Shown piece by piece: positions 51,012 through 62,691 of a stretch of 64,000 nt of DNA. Made by a program: the position numbers and the translations under genes. Each line of letters opens with the position of its first letter. Position 1 is the first letter of the stretch. The notes beneath the pieces were generated by a model. That model was not told the origin of the DNA, did not search any database, and saw only the letters and a list, made by a program, of their open reading frames with translations. This DNA is from an uncultured Gemmatimonadales bacterium (lineage in GTDB: Bacteria; Gemmatimonadota; Gemmatimonadetes; Gemmatimonadales; GWC2-71-9): positions 196,236 to 260,235 of the forward strand of contig CAVRFK010000004.1 in the NCBI GenBank assembly GCA_963720365.1. Reading direction: 5' to 3'.

Positions 51012-51733
51012 TCACGCCGCCGGCCTCACCTCACCCCCCGCCGGCGGCCCGTCCCAGGCACACCCTCACCCGGAACCTCCGGCACCACCTCCCCGCGCTT
51101 CGGCTTCCCCAGCACCGTACTGGCGCTGACCCACGCCTCCAGCGACTGCTGATCCCCGGCGAACCGCTGCCGGTTCCGGCCGTCCATCACCCGCACCGCC
51201 CGGACGATCCCATCCGCCACCGCCTTGATCTCCGCGGTCGCGCCCGCGTGGGCGGTCCGGCCGGCGTTGCACTGCGACACCGCGGCGTCGAACTGGTCCA
51301 GCAGCTGGACGAACTCCTCCAGCACCGTCGCCGCCAGCCCGTGCCTGACCAGCATCTCGCGGTGCTGCCGCCGCCGTCGGCCGCCATCGCCCGTCCCGCC
51401 GAGCCGAAGGCCAGGAACGTCTCGGCGTCGGGCTTGAACCGGAACGTCTTGCTCAGATCCGGCTTCTCCTTCGCGCTCTCCCGCCCCACCTGCGCCAGGT
51501 GCGCGATGTGGACCCCGCGCATGGTCCGGCGCAGCTCGTTCTTCTGTACCGACCCCACGTGGAGATCCACGGAGGCTTCGCGCTGCTCGGTCATGGCCAC
51601 GGTTGGCCCGCTCCACCAGCTGCTCCAGCTTCCCCGCCGTTCCGGTGTACCCCGGGTCGGCGTCCGGATGGGCCCGGCTGAACTCCAGCGCGCGCAGCCC
51701 CATCTCGATCTTCCTGCGTGATTCCGCGTCCAT
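51012..51733 (-). CDS. Hypothetical all-alpha protein of about 240 aa (about three frameshifts)
   Basis: AGGAGG RBS; MDAESRRKIEMGLRALEFSRAHP.. / HIAHLAQVGRE.. / MLVRHGLA..AWVSASTV.. / GGEVRPAA* stitched across frames. Confidence 0.72.
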
Positions 51734-51852
51734 ACTTCCTCCTACAGCGTTGCGCCGCAGGCGGCCGGGATCCTCCGGCACTGGTGAATGGTGCTGTGGT
51801 TGTGAACAGCGGCGACACGCTCCCGGCCTTGTGTCGCTCGGAAGGTCGGAAA

Positions 51853-51868
51853 AGCATCGAGTGTGCCA
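51853..51868 (-). promoter_or_regulatory. Sigma54 (-24/-12) promoter
   Basis: TGGCACACTCGATGCT matches TGGCAC-N5-(T/A)TGC with correct GG/GC spacing, 120 nt upstream of ATG 51733. Confidence 0.65.
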
Positions 51869-51872
51869 CGAG

Positions 51873-52103
51873 TCGTGTCGCGGGCGCGTCGCGTCGTGCC
51901 GCGGATCCGTCGGGTCGTGGTGTGGTGTCCTCGAATCTCTTCGCGCGCACCTCGCGCGAGCGGCGCGCGCACTCGGTGGACCTGCGCGTGCGGAAAAGTT
52001 TTCCGCGCTGCCGCCTCGCGGGACGTCGCGTGCGCCCGGTGGAACGGCGTTGTTCCGCCGTCGCGCGGCGCTGTTGGCGCAAAAATGTCCGTTGCTCGGT
52101 GCA
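51873..52103. repeat. Degenerate 21-nt-period tandem array
   Basis: TCGTGTCGCGGGCGCGTCGCG / TCGTGCCGCGGATCCGTCGGG / TCGTGGTGTGGTGTCCTCGAA / TCTCTTCGCGCGCACCTCGCG ..., register traceable by eye for about 11 units. Confidence 0.6.
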
Positions 52104-52573
52104 TGACCGATCGCGGTCGCACGGCCGCGCAAAATGTGCGCTCCGAAAGTCTTTACTGCGGTCCGACGGAACGGCGATGCGACCTCCGTCGGCTCCCGAT
52201 CGCCTGTCGATGGGCCACGATGGGATCTGAAATGTTGCCGCAAGTCGGCATGGGTCGGCGCGTGCGCGCCCTGGCCGCTCGCGTGCGGTGCGCGGAGCAG
52301 TGATGCGGCTCGATGGCTCGGGGCTGCGGCCGCGGCGCGCGTCGTTGACGCGAAATGGTGAGACGATGTCGGCGGAGGTCTCGTCGTTGTTCGACGAATC
52401 AGGTCGTGTGTGTCCGTTTCGGAGGACGACAGGACGTCGCTCGGAGTCGGAAGAAATTGCCGTTTGAGAATCCTGCCGCCTCGATGTGCGGCGAGCCCAC
52501 CGAGCCCACTCTGCTTGCGCCCCTCGGAAATGGGCGACACAATAGGCTGTCCCCCATCCCCTGAGAGCGGACC

Positions 52574-53485
52574 ATGCCAGGCCTCCGGTCTGTCGCCGTC
52601 CTGCTGATGCTGAGCGCCACCGCCGCGTGCGGCGGGGGCGGCGGTGGTTCCACCGATCCCGACGACAACGATGGTGACGGCATCGGACAGGTGATACTCA
52701 CGATCCGGGGACTGGCCGGAACCGAGCGTGACATGGTCGTCCGGTACGTGGTCGCCGACGGCCCGACCACCCGCGCCGAGGCCTCCGCGATCCTGCCGAC
52801 ACCGTTCGGATGCTTTTCGGACGTCAACCCCACCTGCCCGATCGACGTGGCCGTCGGTCAGACCATCACCTTCTTTGCGATCGAGGGTGAGGGCTATGTC
52901 GCCGGCGACGCCGGCAACGGGCGGCCGGTGCCGCCGCCCGATCCGTTGCGCCACGAGTTCGTGTCGTACGTCGGCGACTGCGAGACCGGTGTCGGGCTGG
53001 GCGACTGTGTCCTGCACGTCACCGCGGACCGGGAGTACGACATCCGGGCCGAGTTCTCACAGATGCAGGCGGTGGTGTTCCGGATGTGGGGGGCCGGAGC
53101 GCTCGCGTATGGCTTCACCGCCCGCGATCGGCTCGCCTTTCCCAATCGCCCGTATACCGATACCGAGCCCGGTTGTTGCGCGGGCGCGGGCGTCTACGTC
53201 CCGCCGGCGCCGTTGGTCTACGCCTACCTCCCCACCGGCAGCACGGTCACGGCCACGCGCCATGTCGCCGGAGCCGGCCTCTCCCAATTCATCCAGTGGG
53301 ATCAGGCCTGCACCAGCGGCGGCGGGATCGAGGGCGACTGCACCTTGATCGTGGGGGCGTCTCCCACCCCGACCGTCACCGCGATGTTCGAGTACTACGA
53401 CTGCGGGCCGCAGGGATTGACCGACGGTGGGACCGGACCGACCCCGCCCCCCGGATGCACCAAGATTCGACCACCCGGGGCCTAG
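52574..53485 (+). CDS. Cys-rich lipoprotein with two divergent InlB B-repeat-like modules
   Basis: ATAAC lipobox; FVSYVGDC..GDCVLHV..IRAEF and FIQWDQAC..GDCTLIV..VTAMF. Confidence 0.7.
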   Translation: MPGLRSVAVLLMLSATAACGGGGGGSTDPDDNDGDGIGQVILTIRGLAGTERDMVVRYVVADGPTTRAEASAILPTPFGCFSDVNPTCPIDVAVGQTITFFAIEGEGYVAGDAGNGRPVPPPDPLRHEFVSYVGDCETGVGLGDCVLHVTADREYDIRAEFSQMQAVVFRMWGAGALAYGFTARDRLAFPNRPYTDTEPGCCAGAGVYVPPAPLVYAYLPTGSTVTATRHVAGAGLSQFIQWDQACTSGGGIEGDCTLIVGASPTPTVTAMFEYYDCGPQGLTDGGTGPTPPPGCTKIRPPGA

Positions 53486-53513
53486 CCTCGGCCTGACGGT
53501 AGCGAGGTGGTCC

Positions 53514-56399
<2,886 letters not shown>

Positions 56400-56411
56400 C
56401 CGCCGGCCCCG

Positions 56412-57869
56412 CTATGGACGGCTTGCCTTCCCCGCCGCCCGCACCGCCCGCGCGATCAGCCCCGCGTCCGGCGCCTTGATCGAGATCCCGTCCGGATCCT
56501 CCGCGATGCCCATCTCGTTCCGCAGCACGATCTCCGTCGGGGTCGCACCCCCGCCGATCTCGAAGACGGTCCAGAGATTCCCGGGTTGGTTCGGCACGTA
56601 GAACGTGGTCGGGAAGAGGCCCAGTCCGTAGACCGTCACCGTCGCGCCGGACGCGCCCAACGCCGTGCTGGACGCCGTCGAACGGTTGGTATAGTCGTGC
56701 ACGCTGTAGCGGTAGATCCCGCCGGATTGCTGCTGGATCGTGATCGTCTCCGGACCGAACGAGCTGATGTCGTCCACGTCGAGCGCGGCGAACGGCGGGC
56801 CGGTCAAGCTGCCGCGGTTGCTGGTCAGGTAGTAGACGTGAAAGCGGCCGCCCCCCGAGGTGGGGCCGGTAAGGTGCGCATCCAGATCCGCCGGCTCGGC
56901 CCCCCACGTGAGCACGATGCGGATCGTCCCTGCGGCGGCGTCGGGTGCCAGCACCAGGTCCTGGCCGGTGCTGATGTCGTTGTTGCCGATCGCGACCCCG
57001 ATCCGGTCCGCGCGCTGGAACCCGGTGGCGTAGGAGCCCAGGTTGTAGGTGCCGGCGCTCAGCTCGGTGAACGAGAAATTGCCGCTGGCGTCCGCCTGGA
57101 TCAGGCGGGTGCCGGCCAGCTGGCCGGTCGGAGACGACAGCTCCACGCTCGCGCCCGGTATGGGCTCGTTGTTGATCGCGTTGCGGACGGTCCCCGAGAT
57201 CCCGCCGTTGAGGCTGCTCTCCGGAACCAGCGGCAGCGGCGGCGCCGACGTCGTGCTGCCGGACGAGATCGCGCCGACATACGTGCCGCCCCTCACGTAT
57301 CCCGCCGCCTCGGCCCGAAGATGAACGCCGAAGCCGGCCCGATCCAGCGCCGGTGAGGTGTAGCTGCCGTCCGATCCGGTGGTCTGGGTGCCGATCAGCC
57401 CGGGATTGAAGGGATCGAGATTGTCGTAGAAGCCCACCGTCGCGTTGGCGATGCCCTGCCCCGTCACCGCGTCGATCACCCGGCCGCTGAGCACCGCCGT
57501 CTCCGCGCTGGGCACCACGTCCACTACGACGGAGCCGCTCTTGCCTTCACTGGTCGCGGTGATCGTGGCGGTTCCCGCGGCGACCGCCGTCACGTCCACC
57601 GGATTGCCGGCCGCGCCGGGCACGCTCGCCACGGTGGCGTCGGTGGAGCTCCAGGTGAAGGACCGGCCCGTCAGGCTGTTCCCCGCCGCATCGAGCGCCG
57701 TGGCCGTAAACGGCGTCGCCGAGCCGATGGTGAGATCGGCGCCCGCGGGCGCGATGGTGATGGAGGCGATCTCCGGCGGGTTCGTGATGTCCCCGCCACC
57801 GCCTCCCCCACAGCTCGAGGCGAGCAAGACGGCCAGGCCACACGCAAGGCTTCCGGGGATGCGGCGCAT
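56412..57869 (-). CDS. Lipoprotein with Big_2 Ig domain, two carboxypeptidase-regulatory-like domains and a YfaP-like domain
   Basis: LASSC lipobox; FTWSSTDATVASV; LSGRVIDA, ISGTVRNA; IRIVLTWG..DLDAHL..LDVDD..GPETITI. Confidence 0.85.
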   Translation of the reverse strand: MRRIPGSLACGLAVLLASSCGGGGGGDITNPPEIASITIAPAGADLTIGSATPFTATALDAAGNSLTGRSFTWSSTDATVASVPGAAGNPVDVTAVAAGTATITATSEGKSGSVVVDVVPSAETAVLSGRVIDAVTGQGIANATVGFYDNLDPFNPGLIGTQTTGSDGSYTSPALDRAGFGVHLRAEAAGYVRGGTYVGAISSGSTTSAPPLPLVPESSLNGGISGTVRNAINNEPIPGASVELSSPTGQLAGTRLIQADASGNFSFTELSAGTYNLGSYATGFQRADRIGVAIGNNDISTGQDLVLAPDAAAGTIRIVLTWGAEPADLDAHLTGPTSGGGRFHVYYLTSNRGSLTGPPFAALDVDDISSFGPETITIQQQSGGIYRYSVHDYTNRSTASSTALGASGATVTVYGLGLFPTTFYVPNQPGNLWTVFEIGGGATPTEIVLRNEMGIAEDPDGISIKAPDAGLIARAVRAAGKASRP

Positions 57870-58378
57870 GAGCATCTCCTCGCTTCGATCGGACAGCGGG
57901 TAGTGGTGAGGAAGTGTGCAGGATGTAAGGCTGGAGTTACGGCTTGGCGGGCGCCTTGTCAAGCAGCTCGAGGGACCGCGAGGCACGCGTGCCCCGCATG
58001 GGGAGGTCGCCTATAGTGCCGGCACCACCGCCGGCGGCCCTTCTCCTTCACCACCAGCACCACCTCGCCCGTGGCGGTGATCTTCGACCCGGCGATGGAC
58101 GAGGTCACCCGGATTGGTGACATGACCGCGTCACCCATGCTTCGCTCGCCTGGCGTGGTGGCCCTTCACCGTATCGATCGACTCCGCCGCGCTGTCGCAA
58201 AACAAACGGGCCGCCGGCGAGTCGCCTCCGGGCTCATCACCCATCTGTGAGCCACTGATCGGCAGGCTCATCCTGACCTCCGTGACTGTATCACTGGGGA
58301 ACGCGTACTTGCGCCTGCCAGCAAACCAGCCTGGCCCCAATGCCACTGCCTTCGCGAAGTGCTTGGGGCTGAGGGCGG

Positions 58379-59788
58379 TTACCTCACGATCCACTTCATA
58401 TTCGCGATGATCCCAACAATCACCGCCCCAAGCGCCCCGTACCCTATCGGCCCCGTGAGCTTCTTCTTCAGATCGGTCACATCCTCCGCCACGGTCTTCA
58501 GCGACTGCACCGTCCCCTCCGCCCCCTCCATCGAGCGCGTGGCCTGATCGATGGCCAGCTCCGCCCGAGGCCCCAGCCGCAACACCTGCTGCCGGATCAA
58601 CCCCACCGTCGTATCCGCTCGCGCGATGCTCCCCGTCGCGCGGCTGAGCGCCGGCTCGAGCCCGACGTTCTGTACCAGCGTGCCCGTCGGATCCGCCAGC
58701 CTGGTCGTCAGGCTGGCCGCACCCTGGAGCGCCTCACGCAGCGACTCGCTCGCGCCCTCTCCCAGCAGCATGGGTGCAAGCCCGTCCGGCGAGCGGAGGC
58801 TGGCATCCACCTTCCCCACGGTGCTGTTGACCTGGTTGGCCGTGGCCGTGATGCTGCGGACCATGCTGTCCACGTTGGCCACGCTGTGCTCGAAGTGGGT
58901 GCGAGGATACGGACGCGCGTCGACTGGGCTATTGAGGTAGGCGACGATCTGCTCCACTTCCGCCATGAGATCCGTGGAGGGGGCAAGGGCGATGACGACC
59001 GTGTCCTTGCCTGAGGCGATGGGATCCTGCAGCACGATGCCCGCCCCGCCCGTGGACGGCGCCAGCTTCAGCGTGGGCTTGGTGAGACCGAAGCTCCCAC
59101 CGATCCCGAGCTGCGCGTCCCCACGCAGGTTCTGATCCCGGCAGGTGGTGCGTTCCTTCTTAGTGGGACGCCAGGGCACGAACTTCGCCAAGCCACGCAA
59201 CGGACAGAGATTCCGCGTCGTAAACCGCAGTGCGGCCGGCGTCAGCCTCATGAACTTGCCGATTCTGAGGTCGGCGCCTTGAAGGCTCACGTTGTCCCCG
59301 GGATAGAGGCGCAGCGTCGAGTCCTTCGACGTCACCAGCCTTCCGTTGACGAGCACGCGGGTCCGGCTCGGCGAGGTGCCGTCCACCCACGCTCCACCGC
59401 TTCGACCGAGCCGCAGGTCCATCGAATCCTGGCGCAGGTGGAACACGACGCCGGCGGCGGATCGTTGCAGCTCCATCATCACGCTCGGGACACCAGGTGC
59501 CACCGCCACGATCCGGGTGAGGACGCTGACCGGGAGCCGGTGCTCGATCCCATCGTGGACATGCAGCTCGGCCTGCAAGCCCCACGTGGCGGTGTCCAGT
59601 CGTCCCACGCTTCCTACGTTGCCACGGCGGAAGACGATGTCGGTCCCCTCGGCGAGCTCTGCATCGAAGGGGACTACGGTGACGGCGTGAATCACCCTGT
59701 TCGAGCGTGACACCAAGTAGCCGACGACCGCCGTGACCACGATGATGGCGAGGACCGCCACCACGACGTACCAGAGCTTCTTCCCCAT
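58379..59788 (-). CDS. Divergent MlaD/MCE-like protein
   Basis: N-terminal TM; GTDIVFRRGNVGSVGRL and AQLGIGGSFGL..LKLAP MCE-like strands; helical region; follows MlaE-like gene. Confidence 0.65.
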   Translation of the reverse strand: MGKKLWYVVVAVLAIIVVTAVVGYLVSRSNRVIHAVTVVPFDAELAEGTDIVFRRGNVGSVGRLDTATWGLQAELHVHDGIEHRLPVSVLTRIVAVAPGVPSVMMELQRSAAGVVFHLRQDSMDLRLGRSGGAWVDGTSPSRTRVLVNGRLVTSKDSTLRLYPGDNVSLQGADLRIGKFMRLTPAALRFTTRNLCPLRGLAKFVPWRPTKKERTTCRDQNLRGDAQLGIGGSFGLTKPTLKLAPSTGGAGIVLQDPIASGKDTVVIALAPSTDLMAEVEQIVAYLNSPVDARPYPRTHFEHSVANVDSMVRSITATANQVNSTVGKVDASLRSPDGLAPMLLGEGASESLREALQGAASLTTRLADPTGTLVQNVGLEPALSRATGSIARADTTVGLIRQQVLRLGPRAELAIDQATRSMEGAEGTVQSLKTVAEDVTDLKKKLTGPIGYGALGAVIVGIIANMKWIVR

Positions 59789-59806
59789 CGCCGCACTCTC
59801 CTGGGG

Positions 59807-60685
59807 CTACTCCATGCCCCCTCGGACGTTCCACCAGATGATGGCCGCCACCAGGCAGAAGACGATGGAGGTCAGACCGCTCTCCCACACGGCATCCTGG
59901 AGCGCTTCCGCCCGCGCTCGTTCGGACGCGTAGCTCCGCTCGTTGGCGCTGATGCCGAGGGCGCTCGAGACGTAGGCGATGATGAACCCGAACAGCGCGG
60001 CCTTGGCCGCGCCGTCGGCGCCCGATTGACTCAGCTCGCGCTCCTGATCGAGCGGGAAGAAGCCGCCGGCCACGACGTTCGCCAGCAGGTCGCCCGGGTC
60101 TCCGCCCGACCGATAGCCCGCGATCAGAAACACGATCGCCGCCCAATAGAACAGCCACGCCGTCACCGCCCCGGCCAGCAGATGTGGGACCACGCCGCCG
60201 ACCAGCTCGGGCGAGTTGGCGTGTTCCTGATCGAACCGCGTCTGCCGGTTGTCGCCCAGTCGCGCCGCGACGCTGGCGCCCGTACGCGCCGTCAGCAGCA
60301 GCGCCAGGATCAGCGGCATGCCGTCCCGCACCATCGCCAGGACGAACGTCTGTTCCACCAGCGGAAGCAGGATCATCCCGAAGCGATCCGCGACGACGCC
60401 CAACCCCAGACCCACGGCGATGCCCAGGAGCACCACCGGCCCGATGCCGCGGACGAACGTGCGAGGGATCTGGCCCCGCGCGCCGCGACGTGAGAACAGG
60501 GCCGCCAGCCATCCGCCATCGGGAATCGCCCTGAGGAGGCGGGGTCCGAACAGCACCAAGTCCTGGGGGTTGTACCACCAGATCCGGCGCGTCGTCGAGA
60601 ACGCCTCGTCGAGGATCTCCACCAGCGTCGCCCACCAGCCTCCGACCCCTGGATGGACCTGCCTCAGTGCATCAGGATCACGCAC
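59807..60685 (-). CDS. Divergent MlaE-like permease
   Basis: MVRDGMPLILALLLTARTGASVAARLG, KAALFGFIIAYVS; GTG start after GGAGG. Confidence 0.75.
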   Translation of the reverse strand: MRDPDALRQVHPGVGGWWATLVEILDEAFSTTRRIWWYNPQDLVLFGPRLLRAIPDGGWLAALFSRRGARGQIPRTFVRGIGPVVLLGIAVGLGLGVVADRFGMILLPLVEQTFVLAMVRDGMPLILALLLTARTGASVAARLGDNRQTRFDQEHANSPELVGGVVPHLLAGAVTAWLFYWAAIVFLIAGYRSGGDPGDLLANVVAGGFFPLDQERELSQSGADGAAKAALFGFIIAYVSSALGISANERSYASERARAEALQDAVWESGLTSIVFCLVAAIIWWNVRGGME

Positions 60686-62175
60686 TCGACGCCCTCCCCT
60701 TCGGCATCGCTCCATTCGAGCTGGGTCGGGGTGAAGCAGGTCCCATCCCAATCGAGGAGCAGCAGCGGGTGCAAGGTCCGGCCGAGCAGGTCGGGACGGT
60801 CCTTGGGCCAGAGCGGCGTCCACGTCCCGGTGTTCAGGTAGACGACCGTGATCGGCTGGCCGTTCTTGGCGATCGGAAGGATCTGGCGGTCGAGCCGATG
60901 GGTGTGGCCGACCACGGCGAGGTACCTGGTGCAGCCGCTCAGCAGCTCGAGCCGGCTCGGCAGTGTCTCGGCCAGCCGCCTCCCATAATGGTCGTCGCCG
61001 ATCGGATGGCGCTTGGCGTTGATCTTGTCGCGGATGAAAACATAGACCTCACGCAGCGCGGAGAAGATGTACGGCGCGAAGAAGCCCGCCGCCGCCGTCG
61101 GGATCTTGAGGCTCGCGAGGGTGTCGTTGAAGAAGTCGCTAATCGCGTCGAATTTCCACGCCGCCAGGACCAAGGCCAGCGTGATCAGCGGGAGCAAGAG
61201 CCCCAGCAGATACACGATGATCATCGCCGAGTCCCACACTCGGCCCGATTTCACCGATCGCACCAGGAAGCGGCCGGAGTGCCACAGCATGCCAAGGGCG
61301 CGGAACGGACGCCGCTTGATGAAGTTCGCCACCATTTCCTTCTGCGGCTTCATGTTGTCGATGAACGGCTCGGCCCGTTCCAGCGGATTGATGAGGTACC
61401 GGTTGACGAAGGATCCGGGCGGCAGGTTGAGCTGGTCGGGCTCCTTCGGGAGGTAGGGCGGACCCTTCACCGCGGTCATGTTCTCGTGCTGGTGCCCGTG
61501 CTCGAGATACAGGTTCTCCATCTGGACGTAGTCCTGGACGAACAGGACGTTCTGCTCGGTGCCGCCGAGCAGGTGTCGCAGGGCGGCGTGCACCAGAGGC
61601 CAGGTGAGCTCGACGTCGTGGTTGCCTTTGACGAACATGATCGTCTCGCCGGCCCGCAACCATTCCGAGAGCGCGGCCCGGAATCCCGGATGGCCGGCGA
61701 GGATGCGCGACAGCTTCCAGACCGACTTGTAGTCGTCGGTCCGAAGCCCGAACCGACGCTCGCTGCGTGTCGTGCCGGGCTGGAGCAGATCGTTCGGCGT
61801 CGTCGGACGCCCGATGGCGGTGAGCAGGGCTGCCCAGTCCGTAACCTCGCCGGGTGAGGGAACCGCGGAGATGCGGATGAAATCGAAGATGTCTCCGTTC
61901 AGCACCAGAAGACGGCGTCCACTCCTACGCACGCCGCCGGACACGCGCTGGCTGCGAACCCAGGTCAGCGCGCGCCCGAACGATCGGTCGCAGAAGAAGT
62001 TCTCGGTGCGGTCCCATCGAGTCGAGAGGGCATCGATGCCGGGTCCCAGGTGCAGATCGCTCACGACCAGGATGGTATCGAAACCGGCCTTCATCGAACC
62101 GGAGGCACGAGCCCGTTCGGCCCCGAGCAACGACTCGGTTCGCTTGATGGTCTGCTCGCGTTCGGCCTGTTTCAT
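60664..62175 (-). CDS. Calcineurin-like metallophosphoesterase with internal TM hairpin
   Basis: VSDLHLG, NGDIFD, GNHD, EHGH, GHTH, NTGTW; ATGA overlap with upstream gene. Confidence 0.88.
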   Translation of the reverse strand: MKQAEREQTIKRTESLLGAERARASGSMKAGFDTILVVSDLHLGPGIDALSTRWDRTENFFCDRSFGRALTWVRSQRVSGGVRRSGRRLLVLNGDIFDFIRISAVPSPGEVTDWAALLTAIGRPTTPNDLLQPGTTRSERRFGLRTDDYKSVWKLSRILAGHPGFRAALSEWLRAGETIMFVKGNHDVELTWPLVHAALRHLLGGTEQNVLFVQDYVQMENLYLEHGHQHENMTAVKGPPYLPKEPDQLNLPPGSFVNRYLINPLERAEPFIDNMKPQKEMVANFIKRRPFRALGMLWHSGRFLVRSVKSGRVWDSAMIIVYLLGLLLPLITLALVLAAWKFDAISDFFNDTLASLKIPTAAAGFFAPYIFSALREVYVFIRDKINAKRHPIGDDHYGRRLAETLPSRLELLSGCTRYLAVVGHTHRLDRQILPIAKNGQPITVVYLNTGTWTPLWPKDRPDLLGRTLHPLLLLDWDGTCFTPTQLEWSDAEGEGVECVILMH

Positions 62176-62666
62176 TGCGAGGCCACCTTGAATTTGTCTT
62201 CCTTGCGGCACAGCTCGACGAGGCGGCTGAAGGCACGGGCCACGGCTTGCGCGGCTTGCGGTTGCCCGAAGCCCAGCACCAGCTCCCGCTCCATCGAGAC
62301 TTTCTCCACCACGCCCGTGTCGATCACCTGAGTCAGACGCCGGATCGAGCTCTGCCCCGATGCCGCGCCGAGCCGCACGAGGCCGTCGGCCCCGGGACTC
62401 GCCACCTTCGGATCGAGCGAGCTCGCGTGGAACAGGTGCACCGTGCGTTGCTCTTCGCCGCGTGAGCCGCGGGGTGTGCGAGTCCCGATGGTCACCGCGC
62501 AGTTGTTGAAATCCACCCGCGTGTAGATCAGCTGCTCGGTCCCGGCCTCGGTCAGGATTCGCTCCCGAATCGCCCGCTGAGTCGTCTTGAGGTTCTGGGC
62601 GGGCAGCGGTGTGACTGCCAGGAATAGTCCCACGGTCGCCAGCCACCACGACACGTACTTGATCAC
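62172..62666 (-). CDS. Hypothetical secreted protein
   Basis: GGAGG RBS, GTG start, signal peptide ..GLFLAVTPLPAQ; one Cys pair. Confidence 0.72.
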   Translation of the reverse strand: MIKYVSWWLATVGLFLAVTPLPAQNLKTTQRAIRERILTEAGTEQLIYTRVDFNNCAVTIGTRTPRGSRGEEQRTVHLFHASSLDPKVASPGADGLVRLGAASGQSSIRRLTQVIDTGVVEKVSMERELVLGFGQPQAAQAVARAFSRLVELCRKEDKFKVASQ

Positions 62667-62691
62667 GGGTCCTCCGATGCCGTTTGGGCGG

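Noticed and set aside
51873-52500. CRISPR array
   Set aside because: No conserved repeat with unique spacers and no cas genes; the units are contiguous and degenerate.
58193-58203. Single TGTCGCAAAAC matching the phased promoter box
   Set aside because: No partner at 21 bp and no AGGGCCTAG/-10 context, so it may be chance.
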